NCBI RefSeq assembly: GCF_009914755.1 | Contig: NC_060937.1 | DNA length: 64,000 nt | Source of the DNA: the human T2T-CHM13v2.0 reference genome, Homo sapiens | Strand: one strand, 5' to 3' | In this document: one piece after another, positions 34,246 to 49,503 of the stretch | Numbering within the stretch: position 1 is the first letter of the stretch | Layout of the letters: every line of letters begins with the position of its first letter | Notes under the pieces: generated by a model | Databases searched by the model: none | What the model saw: the letters and a program-made list of their open reading frames with translations, nothing else | Told to the model about the DNA's origin: nothing | Position numbers and translations under genes: made by a program

Positions 34246-35593
34246 GGCGTCTTTGTTGCGCGCATGGACCTGCGGCTGCATCACCGTCCATGCTTCTGGG
34301 CTTCTTAAGGAGACCGCCTCTCACCTTGGGCTTTCCGGAACCTTCTCCCCGCACTCCTCTTCACGTGGAGAGTGGGTGACCTTGCCCTGCTCTCCCGGGG
34401 AGAGCGGTGGTCACTGGTGGGAACGCCCCTGCCACGCCCAGCAGCCTTTCTGCCTCTGCGCTTGCCTCCTCCGGTTGGAGCGAGTGACCCGTTCTGCCGA
34501 AGTCCAGTCCCGTGTGTGCTGCGGCCCCGTCTCTCTCCCTCTCTGAGTGACACTGTCTGCCCTGCTGCTTGCCGTCCCGCTGTTGGCACCGCTTTAGACC
34601 CCATATTTCCCAGCGGTCACCGTGCTCATTTTTGGCTTCCAGCTACCGTTTTTCTTAGGTTACCCCGCGTAGCTGGCCCGTCCTTCCTTCTCCTGTCTCT
34701 TCTGTGCCTACCGCGGGGGGTTCCCTTACCAAGGTCTCCATCACCCCCAGGCCCACCTCCCTCGGGCCCCTCTCTGCCCTTGCCCTCCACCTCAGCGACT
34801 CCGTGGGGCTTTTGTGATCCCAGCTGCAGTTAGCGAGCGCCCCTGTGTGCTCAGAGACACGCCAGTGAGCCGGGAAGGACAGAGACCCAAGTCCCATCCC
34901 TCTGGGGCCCCCATGGAATGGGGGAGGCGAACAGGAAACCACCACAGTGAGTGTTGGGGTGCCCCGCAGGCGACGGTGCTGAGAAAAAGAGAGTGGGGTT
35001 GGGGGCAGTGCGTGCGCAGGCTGGCGGGTGGGCGAGGCGGGTGGAGGATGCGTGGGGCGCAGTGCTTGCGCGCAGTGGGTGGCGGGGTGGACGAGGTGAG
35101 GGCCTGGCCAGGTGGGTGCCTGCGTGTCCAGCCTGAGGGGCGGCCCACGCAGCAGCCTCTGGGAGCCCTGGGGCCTTCCGTGGGCTGCTTCCTGCGGCGT
35201 CCTGCGGGCTGGCCGCCCCTCGGTGGGCTCCGGTGCTGGCCTCTGCCTTCCCCAGGGCCACGGTGGGCTCCTAGTGGCCTTTCTTCCCTCTCCATCAACA
35301 TCCTTGTCCCAGGAAGAGGCGTCCACTGCCTGCTACACGCCACCCAGCCGTGTTCATTTCCGTGTTCCAGTGTCACCCGTGTACCTAGAACGTTCCTGGC
35401 ACAGAAAAGCCACGCAGAAAACAGCTGCTGGGCCAACACCGAGACCCCAGGTCATTAGTGTTAATCAGAGTGATGAAGAGGTTGCCATTGGCAATTCGGA
35501 AGGGAATTCAGGGAGAGCAGCCGCAGTGCCCTGTCCCCAGAGCCTGGTGTCCAGAGCCAGAGTTCCGAGGGCCTCCTCATAGTTTTAAAACTC

Positions 35594-35901
<308 letters not shown>

Positions 35902-36730
35902 TGAAACTACTTTCATTTTAAAACGATGAGTTCCTAAGAACTAGACTCTGATCCCTGGAAACAACATGCCAACCTCTGGCATGCAGGACCTTTGCTTTCC
36001 AGGCAGGCATTTCCCAATTTTGTTAGATTCTCAAGGGAGCCCCTGCCCCTGCTAAAGTTAAGACTCCTGTGCTGGGACAGGCAGGCTCCTCTGATGTGGC
36101 TGCATGGGCGCACTCAGCAGCCTCGATACAATTTGAACTTCTTGCTGACATTTGAACACAGAGGACGGCACATACATCCCCACATTTCCCCACTTTTTTG
36201 GAAGTCTCGTGACTCCTGGCCTGCTGGTTTCCCGAGGACCGCTTCTGCTGGAGCGATGGCCACTTGGGGAGGGTCGGTGCTCTCCACTGGCCTGAGTTGC
36301 TGGGCCCATCACTGCTGCGTCGAAGCCTGAGACCACCCCACCCGGTCCCAAGGAGGACACAGGCTTTTCTGGTTTGGTTGAGACTTGCAGAGCCTAAAGA
36401 AAACTGCTGAGTTGTTTTTGCGAGTTACCTAATGGTGCTTTAGCTGCTGCATGCTTTTGTCCCATGGTGCGTTTGTTTGTAATTCACCACAGCTGTAATT
36501 GCAGCAGAGCCAGAGAGCTTTCTCCTTATTACATATCCTGAGAAGGAAGCCCTGGCAGCCGGACCTGAGAGAGGGTGATGTGGCTCACTCATGCAGGGAT
36601 GCTGGGACATCAGGCTGGGAGTCGAGAGATGGAATTTTAGGCTTTCTCTGCCACCTTTTACCTTTGTAACTAGGGTTGATGTGTGAACCCTTTGGGCAGA
36701 TTAATCATTAGTTGCCTCTTTAAACCAATC

Positions 36731-37052
36731 TTTTATTTATTTATATTTATTTATTTATTTTTGAGACAAGGTCTCACTGTCACCCAGGCTGGAGTGGGTG
36801 CAGTGGCGCTATTTCGGCTCAGTGCAACCTCTACCTCTTGGGTTCAAGTGATTCTCATGCCTCAGCCTCCCAGGTAGCTTGGATTACAGGCGCCTGCCAC
36901 CACGCCTGTCTCATTTTTTAATTTGTATTTTTAGTAGAGACAGGGTTTTGCTATGTTGGCAAGGCTGGTCTCGAACTCCTGACCTCAAATGATCCATCTG
37001 CCTCGGCCTCCCAAAGTACTGGCATTACAGGTGTCAGCCACCGCGCCTGGTC
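36731..37052 (-). mobile_element. Alu
   Basis: (TTTA)n tail; TSD tttaaaccaatc. Confidence 0.93.
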
Positions 37053-39576
37053 TTTAAACCAATCCTTTAAATCTTCTCCATTTTCAAAGTAGAGTGGGAA
37101 GAAACTGATTTTTCTATGAATAAAGATTGTGTAAGTCGTTCTTTCAAATGTGATTTGTGTTCACATTCAGAAATTTGTTAGTGACATATTTTCACTTATT
37201 TGCAAGTGCCTTTCCTTACAGTTTTTCTGCCACTCAACTCAGATGAGTTATTCTCAAGGATAAAGACCACTTAGATGAATATATTTTCAAATTCTTACTC
37301 TGAATGTGTTTAAGTAACCACCCTCTACCCCGTTTGGCAAAATGTTTCCCATTTTTCTGTGGTTTTTATTTTATTTTTTGTGGCTTTCAGAACCAGATCA
37401 CTTCTTGGAAGGCATATTAGAAGTTTGCAGTTGAGACGATAAAATAAGTCACTTTTTCCTGGGAGGTGGTATTATGTCACACATCATTTGGTATCAAAAT
37501 TTCCCCCGGCTGTGGCTGCAGAGTTGAAGGACATCAGCTGGCTGCGCTTGGGGTTGGTGGTCCGTTGTGAACTCTGCACCGTATAGTGTGTGTGCTTTAT
37601 GTGCAAACGTTTTAACAAAGACAGGTTGCTGCGGGCAAGAAGGGTTTTAACTTCTGTTCGTGTTACTTCTGCTGAGTTGGAAGGAGCACATTTCACAGAT
37701 GATGTCATTTGTGGAGGCCGAGCCTGCCAGCACCTTGTCTGCGTGTGCTTTGGCTGGACGATGGTCTACACTGGGCCCCTGTGCAGCCTCCTGCCGGGGA
37801 GCCTGTGTCCCACCTGGCTCTGCTCTGAGCCATTCATGTCGCCTCCAGTGGCAGCTGTAAAATGAAACTCATGGCCTTTGCTGTCTCTCTTGTCCTGGGT
37901 GGTGAGGATCAAATGAACCTTTATTAATGGACATGAAAATAACCTTGTAATTTCATACACTGAAATTACACTTTTCGTACGCTTTTCAATGTAACACATT
38001 GTAAAGCGCTGTAAAAATATCTCAGGAAAGGGCTGCCAATTTTTGTCACATCTCATGTGACAAAGGTAATTTTTTTTTTTTTTTTTGGCTTGGAAAGGGA
38101 ACGAAAATAAGATCATTTTTCCTGGTAGGAAGGTAAAAGATTTTAAAGAGAAGGTTTGTTACATGTGAAAAAAACGATTTGATCAAAGGCATAATTGGTT
38201 GAATTATGCATTCGACAAGGATGGAAATTACACGTTCAACAAAGATGTGAAGAGCGTGCAGCCTGGCAAGGCATCTCTGTCCTTAGCGTGCCCACCCCCA
38301 ATACGGGAAGGGCAGGAGAGGCTGGCATGAGGCACCCGTGGTCCGTGCTGTGGGCACCTCCGGGAGGCAGCCTGGGACAGGCGGGTCCTGCTCCAGAGAG
38401 AGAAGGGGCTGCCGTCCGGCATGTCTGGGAGGCTGGGTCCTTCCTTCCCCAAGGGTTGTATCCACAGCCCCTCTCGATCCTCACAGCAGCCCTGTGAAGG
38501 AGCACTGTGCCATCCTGTGACAGGGCAGCCGGGTCTCATTGGCACTGGGTGCTGAGGGTGGTAGGTGGGCGCAGGCCTTGATGCCTGACTCTGACCTTGT
38601 TCTCCCCGGCGTGGTCTGCACCCTGTGAAGGGTGAGTGAACGCCCTCCTGGCCCAGTTCAGCCCCAGGTTGTGCCTGTTGTCCCCACATCGTTAATAATT
38701 ATCCATAGCGTCCCCTTCACTCGCAGAAGCGTCCGAGCTTAGACAGCAAGTTCCACGGCCACTCCAACCTGCGGTCTCAAACCCAGGGCCTGCAACTCCC
38801 GCCATGTGCCCCGTTCTGCTTGTCACCCGCCTCGCCCTGAGGAGCCTCCAGCTGCTTCAGGACTTGTCCCTGTGTCACACATCCAGGGCAGTTGTTCACT
38901 AGCATCCCCGCTACCCCTGAATCCATCTCCACGTGCGTGGGCTTGGACCTGCTTCTCTCGCCCACTTATCTGTGTATCTCTGAGTAGTGAGACTTCCACG
39001 TTAGCGCTGTGGGGAAGAGGCTGGGCTTGGCTCAGCTGCTGAGGGATCAGCCGACCCCAGGTCGCTGCGGCCCTTTCAGGAGGACGTTGGGGGGCAGGAG
39101 TGGCCGGCGGCCACCTGAGAATGGGAGTGGCACCCGAATATGTGGAATACACAGAAATTCGAGTCCGCCTGTGGCCGTCTCCACGGTCCTTTCTACCATG
39201 ATTTCTCCACGTCCCCTGCAACAGCGACCCATCCCAGCCAGGAGAGGAGAACTCTGGGAGGTTGCCTGGCAGTTACAAGTGTGTTAAGTATTGTTGCTGC
39301 GTGCTTATCAGTTAGGCTCAGGCACAGCTACTAACTTCCAGGCATCTCGGCAGTGTCTGGCGTTTGGCAGTCAAGTTGTGTTTAGTTTTGACTTAAAGAT
39401 TAAAAGGTTATAGAATACAGGAATAATCTACCTTTTGAAGGAAAACTTGCCAAGTTCGCCTGACCTTTGAAATGCCGAGAATCCCAGAGATGTTGAAGGA
39501 AGTGCCCAGAGGAAGATCTGGTCCACAGTGGGTATTCAGCACACTGATTTCTTTCCTATAAAAAATTATCTGTCAG

Positions 39577-39990
<414 letters not shown>

Positions 39991-40061
39991 TCATGAGCAC
40001 ACACATGCCTGAGGAGATGGATGGAGACAGGCGTTGCTAGTAGCAGTTCCTCCTCTTGTCA

Positions 40062-40706
<645 letters not shown>

Positions 40707-41114
40707 TCAGGACCACTCGGTTTCAAAAGCGGTAACTAAACTTGTCTAACACGTGTGCATGAGGAAGGCGGCCAGAGGCATGGGTCTGAGGGCTTTGCTT
40801 GAAGAGCGGGCGGTGTGCGTGTCTCGCAGCGCCCCCACCTCGGTGTCTCAGGGCCTTGCTGTCTTCCGCCTTTTTCCCAGCGTCTCACCAGCAAAGTGAG
40901 TTTATGAGAATCATGTTAACACACAGGCTTGATGATTGAGAAAGCAGATGCTGAGAATGTGACTATGGAATGAATAATTTTCATTATGAAAAACTGATAC
41001 ATTGTTTACGACATGATTCTCTGAGATGCTTGTTGCTGAGATTACAAACTTAAATGGTTTTATTGTTATGTAAGCACCTAGCATCTTAGTGTGGAGCTGA
41101 ACAGGTACTGCCTG

Positions 41115-41469
41115 TGTTTCAGAGAGCTCAGCCGCTGTTACAGAATACTGCAGGCTGCATGGTTTACGCAATAGAAATTTATTTCTTGTAGCTCTTGAGG
41201 CTGGAAATCAGATCAGGGTGTCTGCATGGTGAGGTCTGGTGAGGGGCCCTCCCGGGGGGCAGGAGGCTGTGTCCTCCCAGAGGCGGGGAGAGAACTCTCT
41301 CTCTTCCTCCTCGTAACCACACACCAATCCTGTCTGATTAGGACACAGACCTCATGATCTCATCTAATCGTAAGTACCTCGTAAAGGCCCAATCTTCAGG
41401 TCCAATCACATTAGGGGTTAGGGCTTCAATATGAGATTTTTGAGGGGATCACAGTTCAGCCCACAGCAG
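41115..41469 (-). mobile_element. MaLR solo LTR (MLT1A/B-like)
   Basis: gctgttacagaatactgcaggctg...atagaaatttatttctt...gaggctggaaatcagatcagggtg...ggggttagggcttcaatatg...cacagttcagcccacagca. Confidence 0.8.
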
Positions 41470-42590
41470 TGTCCTGGTGACCGAGGCACTATTTAGATGG
41501 CGAATATTCAGACGGATCGGAAATGGCAAAGAGGACAGTCAGAAAAACACATTACGCCTTGTCTGTTGCTTTATGAAATAGATGACAGAAGCATGTTCCA
41601 CGAAGTCTGGAAAGACAGAACGTAATTACTTAGTGAGAATGGGTTATTTTTTAAGTTGTGGAACAAAGTTAGGTAATTTGACCCTTCTTAGATGTAACAG
41701 ACCGCAGTTCCCGTGGTTGGTTCGGATCTAAGGTTCTGTGTATTTATGTCTTCTTTTTGCTTTTTTTTTTCCCACTGGAGAAAGCTGGTAGGGGAGAGGT
41801 GGTTGGTATTAAAACAATGCTATAACATATTGTTTTGGTGTTTGCATTACAATCCAAACACACAGCATCTGGCTTATTGACAAGACAGATGTTAGGGTTT
41901 ACATCACAAAACGGGATTGGGCCTGTCTGCTCAGTAAACTCAGAGGCTGCTGGATCATGATCTGGTTCTTCCAGTAAATGGAATTGCTTTTTGGAGCCCA
42001 TACTCTGTTCACCTGCGTGTGTGGAGGAGGACGTCTTACCGTTGACAAAATTGGACCGTGCTAGTTGGAAGTTGCACTTGAAATGCAGGTCAGAACAATG
42101 GGATACGCTGGTCCTGCTGTCCCAGGCGGGGGAGTCACGGGAGGGCTCCAGTGCCACACCACCCACACGTCAGCCACCATGTGGGTTCCCAAGGCAAGCA
42201 GTGAGTTCCCAAGCCAGCTGTCGTCCACCTTTCTGGGTTAGTGTCTTTTTAAATAATCAAAGGTCTTTACCATCCATTAAGTACTGGCCCAGTTGTCGTA
42301 CGCACAACTCAGAGGTGATTGTAGGTTGTGACTGCTCTCAGTCGGTAGTTAGGGTGGCCTCTGGCGATTGTTGGAGGAATTATGGGTACTTTGCGCTCTC
42401 TTTCACTGAAAATGCAAGGCCAAGTGGCTCCAGCACTCAGCAGAAACCATAACTGGTTTTGATGCTCTTGGGAGCCCAAGGCCACAGTGGCTGCTCTGCC
42501 CCCGCGTTGTCTTATCTGGAAAGGTCTGTGGGAGGCGAGGCTCTGACTGCAGCGTGCGTCTCAGGTTTGTATCTGGGGCACGTGAGAGTA

Positions 42591-42716
42591 TGAGATGGGC
42601 TGGGGGTGTCCCCCTCCCTCTGTACTTGCTCAAGTACAGGAGCAGCTTGCCTGAGTCTGAGATGGGCTGGGGGTGTCCCCCACTCTCTGTACCTGCTCAG
42701 GGACAGGAGCAGCTCA
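42591..42716. repeat. 67-bp tandem duplication
   Basis: tgagatgggctgggggtgtcccc...tctgtac.tgctca...caggagcagct at 42591 and 42658. Confidence 0.85.
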
Positions 42717-43894
42717 CCCATTTCCTTCATTCTTTCTGGCTTTGTTGCTCACCATTGCCTGGGAAGGAAGTGGCTGCCTAAATAATTAAATAATCTCCTG
42801 CTTCAGAGAAAAGAGGATTTCCTCCAACCTATTTTCAGCAAAGGATTAGGGACAATGAGGTCCTGCCAGTAGAATGCCATCTAGATTTTGGTGTGGTTTT
42901 CCAAGGTCTCAGATTGCCCACGAAGACATGGAAATGGCTTTCAGACCTCAGCGGGACCCCTGGTGTGGGGGATGGGAGGTTTGCAGGCAAATGGGACCAC
43001 AGATTCTCCTTCACTTTCCGATAAAATGCCTCACAAACGTGGAATAACCGGCATCTCCTTTTCTCTCTAGAAAGTGCAGTGAGGTGACGTGATTTCACTC
43101 AGATAAATGGAGACAAACCATTAAAATATTAGGTAACCATCAAGTATACACGTGCTTTTTTGTTTTCAGTAATAAATGACTTTGGTATAAATCTGAAAGC
43201 AACATGTAAAAAGAAAGCTGGAGCGACTGTCATGGTCGCTGGAGTTTCCTTTTGTCCTCATTTCTGATGTTATTTAACTCCTTTTACCATTTCTCGGATG
43301 TAATGTGGAAACAAAATGTGCAGGCCCTCGGCAGCGAATGACACGTAGAGAGGGAAACCCTGGGATTCTCGTAGGGGAGGGTGTGTGATGTCCTCAGCAC
43401 GCGGGGGTGCTCAGCAGTTGATGTTCATCCCGCACGCACTGAGCAGCTGCTGTATGCGCTGAAGATTCTGTGGGGAGCAAGAGGTACAGGCGCCCCAGCT
43501 CTCCTGGAGACTGGGCAAGGATGGAAGGCACATGGCATGTAGCACACCCGCTGTGAGGAGGCGCCAGGGACAAAATGAGAAGGGAAGGGTGTCCGGGACG
43601 GGGCATGGAGGACGGGAAGCCGGCAGGGACCATCAGAGGACAGCTCCAGGCAGAGGAAGCCCCCCAGGAGGGATGAGCAGAGGCCTAGTCTGAGACCTAA
43701 GCAGGTGTCGACTGCCCCTTTAGTTTTCTTGCTCACAATACAGAATGTATGTGTTGCTTTTCAATAGTGTTTTAAGCTTGTTTAATATTATACGGCCAAA
43801 GGAGGAAAATGTTACATAGTAGGTAAATTTGGATGATTTTTAACATTATAAAGATGTATTGCTTTATTGAACGAATATACAATACATTGATTTA

Positions 43895-44050
43895 TAGGTA
43901 ATTTTTTTATTGTGGCAAAACATACATAAACTTTACCATCTTGTCCATTGTGAAGCGTACAGTTCCATGGCGTTAAATACACTCAGTGCTGTACGATCAT
44001 CACCGCCAGGTACTTCCAGATCTTTTTCATCATCCCAAACTGAAACTGAT
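43895..44050 (-). mobile_element. Old L1 3' end fragment
   Basis: ttttttattgtggcaaaacatacataaactttaccatc...gtacagttccatggcgttaaatacactca...catcccaaactgaaact. Confidence 0.7.
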
Positions 44051-44988
44051 TAGGGGCAATTTTAAGTAGTTTCTGCATCTACTATTGTGTAGCTTGCTTT
44101 TTGGGCAACACTCTTTTTTTTCATCAGTGAAAGAGATCTTAACGGGTGAAGAGAAGACATTGAAACACAAGTGCTAGTTACGTTTAAATGCAGGATGGAC
44201 CGAGATAGGAGGATTTTTTTCTTTTAAATAATTGGCCATAGTAAAAGGTAAAAAGGTAAAAACTTGAATGTGAGGACTCATTTGCACTTCATATTTTGCT
44301 TAATATGCTGAGAGCTGCAAGAGAGGAGGATCTGGTGTTTCATCTTAGAGCAAATCATACTTGATAGTAAGAGACAGAAAGTCATAAAAGCGTGATGTTC
44401 AGCAGGCAGGACATTTAAATCATACAGCTCATAATGATGTTAGTTGATGGTGTTACATGGTTCCATGGCTTTTTCCTAAGTGTGTTTATAAGAAATTGGA
44501 ACGAGGATGTTTTCTGTGGCATTTTCTTCCAGGAGCTCGGTTCTGCTAATTGCTTGGTTTGAATAAGTGCTCTCTTTCCAGTTGGTCTATAACATTTCTT
44601 TTACTATCTAAGAAATTATGAAGAAATAGATTGATTAATTTGAAAATTACATTTAAGAGTATTTTCCTGTAAAATTGTTGGTTCTGTGAAAAACAATTCC
44701 TGTTATTTCTTCTCTAAATACAATGAGAATTTTTTTTGTTCTTATATTGAAATAGCTCTTTGATTTCCTAAATTGCTGTGCTGCTTTTTAAAGGACGGCA
44801 TGGTTTCAGAAGCTATTAGGTTGGTGCAAATGTATTTGCGGTTTTTGCATTGTTGAAATTTGCTGTTTGATATTGGAATACACTCTTAAATCAATGTGGT
44901 TATGCCACACATCATTTTAATGTGAATTTCTCACTTTATGCTTTTTTGCGACTGAGTTATTACTTGCCGTTTAAGTTTATTTTAGACT

Positions 44989-46341
<1,353 letters not shown>

Positions 46342-47170
46342 TAAAGATGTGTTTGAGCCTAGTTATAATGATTTAAAATTCACGGTCCGAAACCGTAATT
46401 ACCTTTGTACCAACCTAAGTCCCCTTATTATTAGTAAGAAACTTAATTGTAAAATGGAGTAATTATATATTTTACATCGTTAGACTCATTTAAAAACCGC
46501 AAGTATAGCATGAAATTGACTAGAAACCCTATTTGTCAGGTAATCTTCGCAGTTGACAGAAAAGTAAAACGTAAAAGGAGTATTAATGGCTTTTCCTTAG
46601 CACCCTCACTCACAATTTTAGTTCATTAAAAAATGGGTTGATATTGATTTCTATCAACATGTCACCCTTGCAAACCTCAGAGCGACTGAGTCTGATGGAC
46701 AGTTTCTCGGCTTCCCTGGCTGTCACTCAGATGTGGCCTCTCACTGTGGGCCCCATGTGGGCTGCGTGTGGCCCTGTGAGTTGGTCCCACCCCTGCCCGA
46801 CAAGCCTGTAGCTTTGGTCGTCTTCCAACGAGTGGCTCTCCCGCCTGTGTTTTGAACTCATGGAGGGGGAGGGGGAGTTTGTGCAGAGAATCTAGGATCA
46901 TGTGCATCTGATTTTATGTTTTTAATGGGCCTGGCCAAGGAAGAGAGAGTGATTTGGTTCCTGTCTTAACTTGAAGACCCTCTGGGGCAGGCACATGTTC
47001 CAGGGTAGACTCCAGGAGGGATGGGTGTGATGTGTCTGTAGGGTTCCAGGCGGGAAGGGGAGTGCCGGAAGCAGGTCTGGGAGGGGGAATTGGGTGTCCC
47101 CAGCCAGCCTGTCTCAGGGGCCCATGTGGGACTCTTGGCCAGCCCTCTGTGCCCCTCCTGGCTGTGTCTT

Positions 47171-47913
47171 CAGGACTAAGCTCTGATTTTTTTTTAAATT
47201 TACCCAAATTCCTTTCTAAGGGGTCTGGGGAGTCATGCCCTACAAATCATAAATTCTCATCAGATGGGTTTTATTTAACCCTGTATATCATGACTTACTT
47301 TCCAATCTGACTCTGGCATAACAAGGAAGAAAATCAAAATGTTTTACCCCAAAATATATTTCCTTGTCATACCTTGAAATTGCCCTGCAAGGTCACTTGT
47401 GGGAAAAATCCACATTCTGTAGAGAATCCTCTTCCCCCTTTGTTTTCCTTCTTTCCTTTCCAGGTCCAAGCAATAATCAACTAAGATCCAGGCACCCTTT
47501 TAAGTCTGATAAAAAGCAATTTACAACCTGCCTTCTCTGAAGTCCGCTATCTAAGAGCTTCCTCTGCACAATAAAACTTGGTCTCCACAATCCTTTATCT
47601 TAACCTGAACATTTCCTTTCTGTCATCCCAGGTCTTCAGATAAACTCAACCAATTGTCAACCAGAAGATGTTTAAATTTACCTATAGCCTGGAAGCCCCT
47701 CGCTTTGAGTTGTCTCGCCTTTCTGAACCAAACCAATGTATTTCTTAAATGTATTTGATTGAAGTCTCATGCCTCCCTAAAATGTATAAAACCAAGCTGC
47801 GCCCGACCACCTTGGACACATGTTCTCAGGACATCCTGAGGGTTGTGCCACTCATATTTGGCTCAGAATAAATCTCTTCAGATATTTTACAGAGTTTGAC
47901 TCTTGTTGTCAAC
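47171..47913 (+). mobile_element. ERV1 MER4-group solo LTR (MER4D/E-like)
   Basis: ggactaagctctgatttt...aaggggtctggggagtcatgccc...CCAAT 47733...TATAAAA 47785...ggctcagAATAAAtctcttcagatattttacagagtttgactc. Confidence 0.85.
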
Positions 47914-49356
47914 TGTCTGCAAATAGGAGCTGCGCCCATGAGGGCATAGCCCAGTTAGGCCGCGCTGCTCCCTGCTGCTGACCAGCCCCTGTTGGAGCTG
48001 ATGCTGCCCACATCCCACAGCTGAGAGCAAGGGTCTCAACAGCACAGGTCCTCTGCCTGCACTCTGCCCTGGAGCTGGGCATCAGCCATGGTGAGGGCCT
48101 GGAACTGCGTGACACCCGGGTGTCAGGCGGCCACTCTCAGCATCCACATTCCCTCAGCATCACGGGGAGGCCGGCTGCAGTCGGGAATCACGAGTGTCAT
48201 CCATGTGGTCCTCCCTCTTTGCAGACGTGTGTGTGGCCGTGGTGTTTAAGTTGTGTCTGCTGCCTTGGGGGCCCTTTGGAAAGGCTCTTTCTCACAAAGA
48301 ATGCATCGTGTTCGCAAAGCCAGCTCATGCCTCCTAATGTAAACTCAAAACCCAATTCACCCCTAAGCAAGTGGCCCACACCGTGTGTGACTGGAAAAAT
48401 CAGTGTTTCCCGACAGGATGTGACAAATGGGGCTGTAGCAGGGCAGGGCCGCTCCCCAGAAAACAAGCGCCCCAGGTTTTCCCTTCTCCTGTACCACTGC
48501 CCTGGAAGAGTTCTACCCATGAGGGCCCTTGGAGCCATCTCGACTAGAACGTTAACAGGAAGGAAGGAGCCTGCGGGAGAAGACAGGGCTCCAGGAGGCG
48601 GCGGAGGCCTCTGTGGTGGCCAAGCAGGCCCCGCAGGGCTGAGCTGCTGGGTTTTCCTGGGCCTGGGCTGCTCTCTGGTTCCAGGGAGGGGTTGTAACAC
48701 TCCCGGCAGAGCTGTCTCATGGGGAGGGCGTTCACAGGTGGTGAGTGTGGACAGTGAGGGGAAGACCAGTTCCAGTCTTTGGCAAATGCTGATAGTAATG
48801 AAAATCATTTTAAAAATCATAACAGGGCAGACAAGTCACAGCTCTGGTTGGTCTTCACCTGCCGTCACTGTCATCCCTGCAGGGAGAGAAGGTTCGGCTC
48901 CCTGGGGCTCTCCCAGCCCCGCGTCATGTGATGGGGCACTAGTCACAGTGCGGGAGGCTTCAGAGCGGAGGGCAGGGCCCCTGCCAACCACCCGGAGCCA
49001 CCCACCCACCCACCCACCCACCGCTGTTTGAAGCAGGGACTCGGTTCTCAAAGTGCCGGGGTCAGAGGTCACCAGAGGCTGCTGAAATCAGGGTTGGAGG
49101 GCTGGCATGTTCGTATTTGGAGGAAGGAGGCAGGATCCCAGGGGACCCGTCCTGCGTGCTGACACTTTACCACGAGGCAGCTGGGCCGCGTGCGGCTCTT
49201 CCGACTTTTCATCATGCTTCCTGAGCCAGAGCCATTTAAAAAAAAATGCTGAAATTTAGAAGGTAGTATTCGCTCTAAAATTTTGTCGCTTAAAAAAGTG
49301 GCTTGAAGTATTCAGCAGGAAAATTGTCCCAAATTACTTGTTAAAACTAAAAGCTG

Positions 49357-49503
49357 GGCCAGGTGTGGTGATGCACACCTGTGGTCCCATCTACTTGAGA
49401 GGCCGAGGTGGGAGGATCAGATCGCCTGAGCCCAGGAGTTCGAAGCCAACCTGGGCAACATAGCAAGACCCTGTCTCTGATACATACGTAAATAAAATAA
49501 AAG
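49357..49503 (+). mobile_element. Alu monomer (FLAM-like)
   Basis: ggccaggtgtggtgatgcacacctgtggtccc...gagcccaggagttcgaagccaacctgggcaacatagcaagaccctgtctc with an A-rich tail. Confidence 0.85.

Noticed and set aside
48120-49031. 303-aa ORF with a 207-aa antisense overlap
   Set aside because: Starts at a non-ATG codon, no recognisable domain or similarity to ATP11A, GC-rich intronic sequence.
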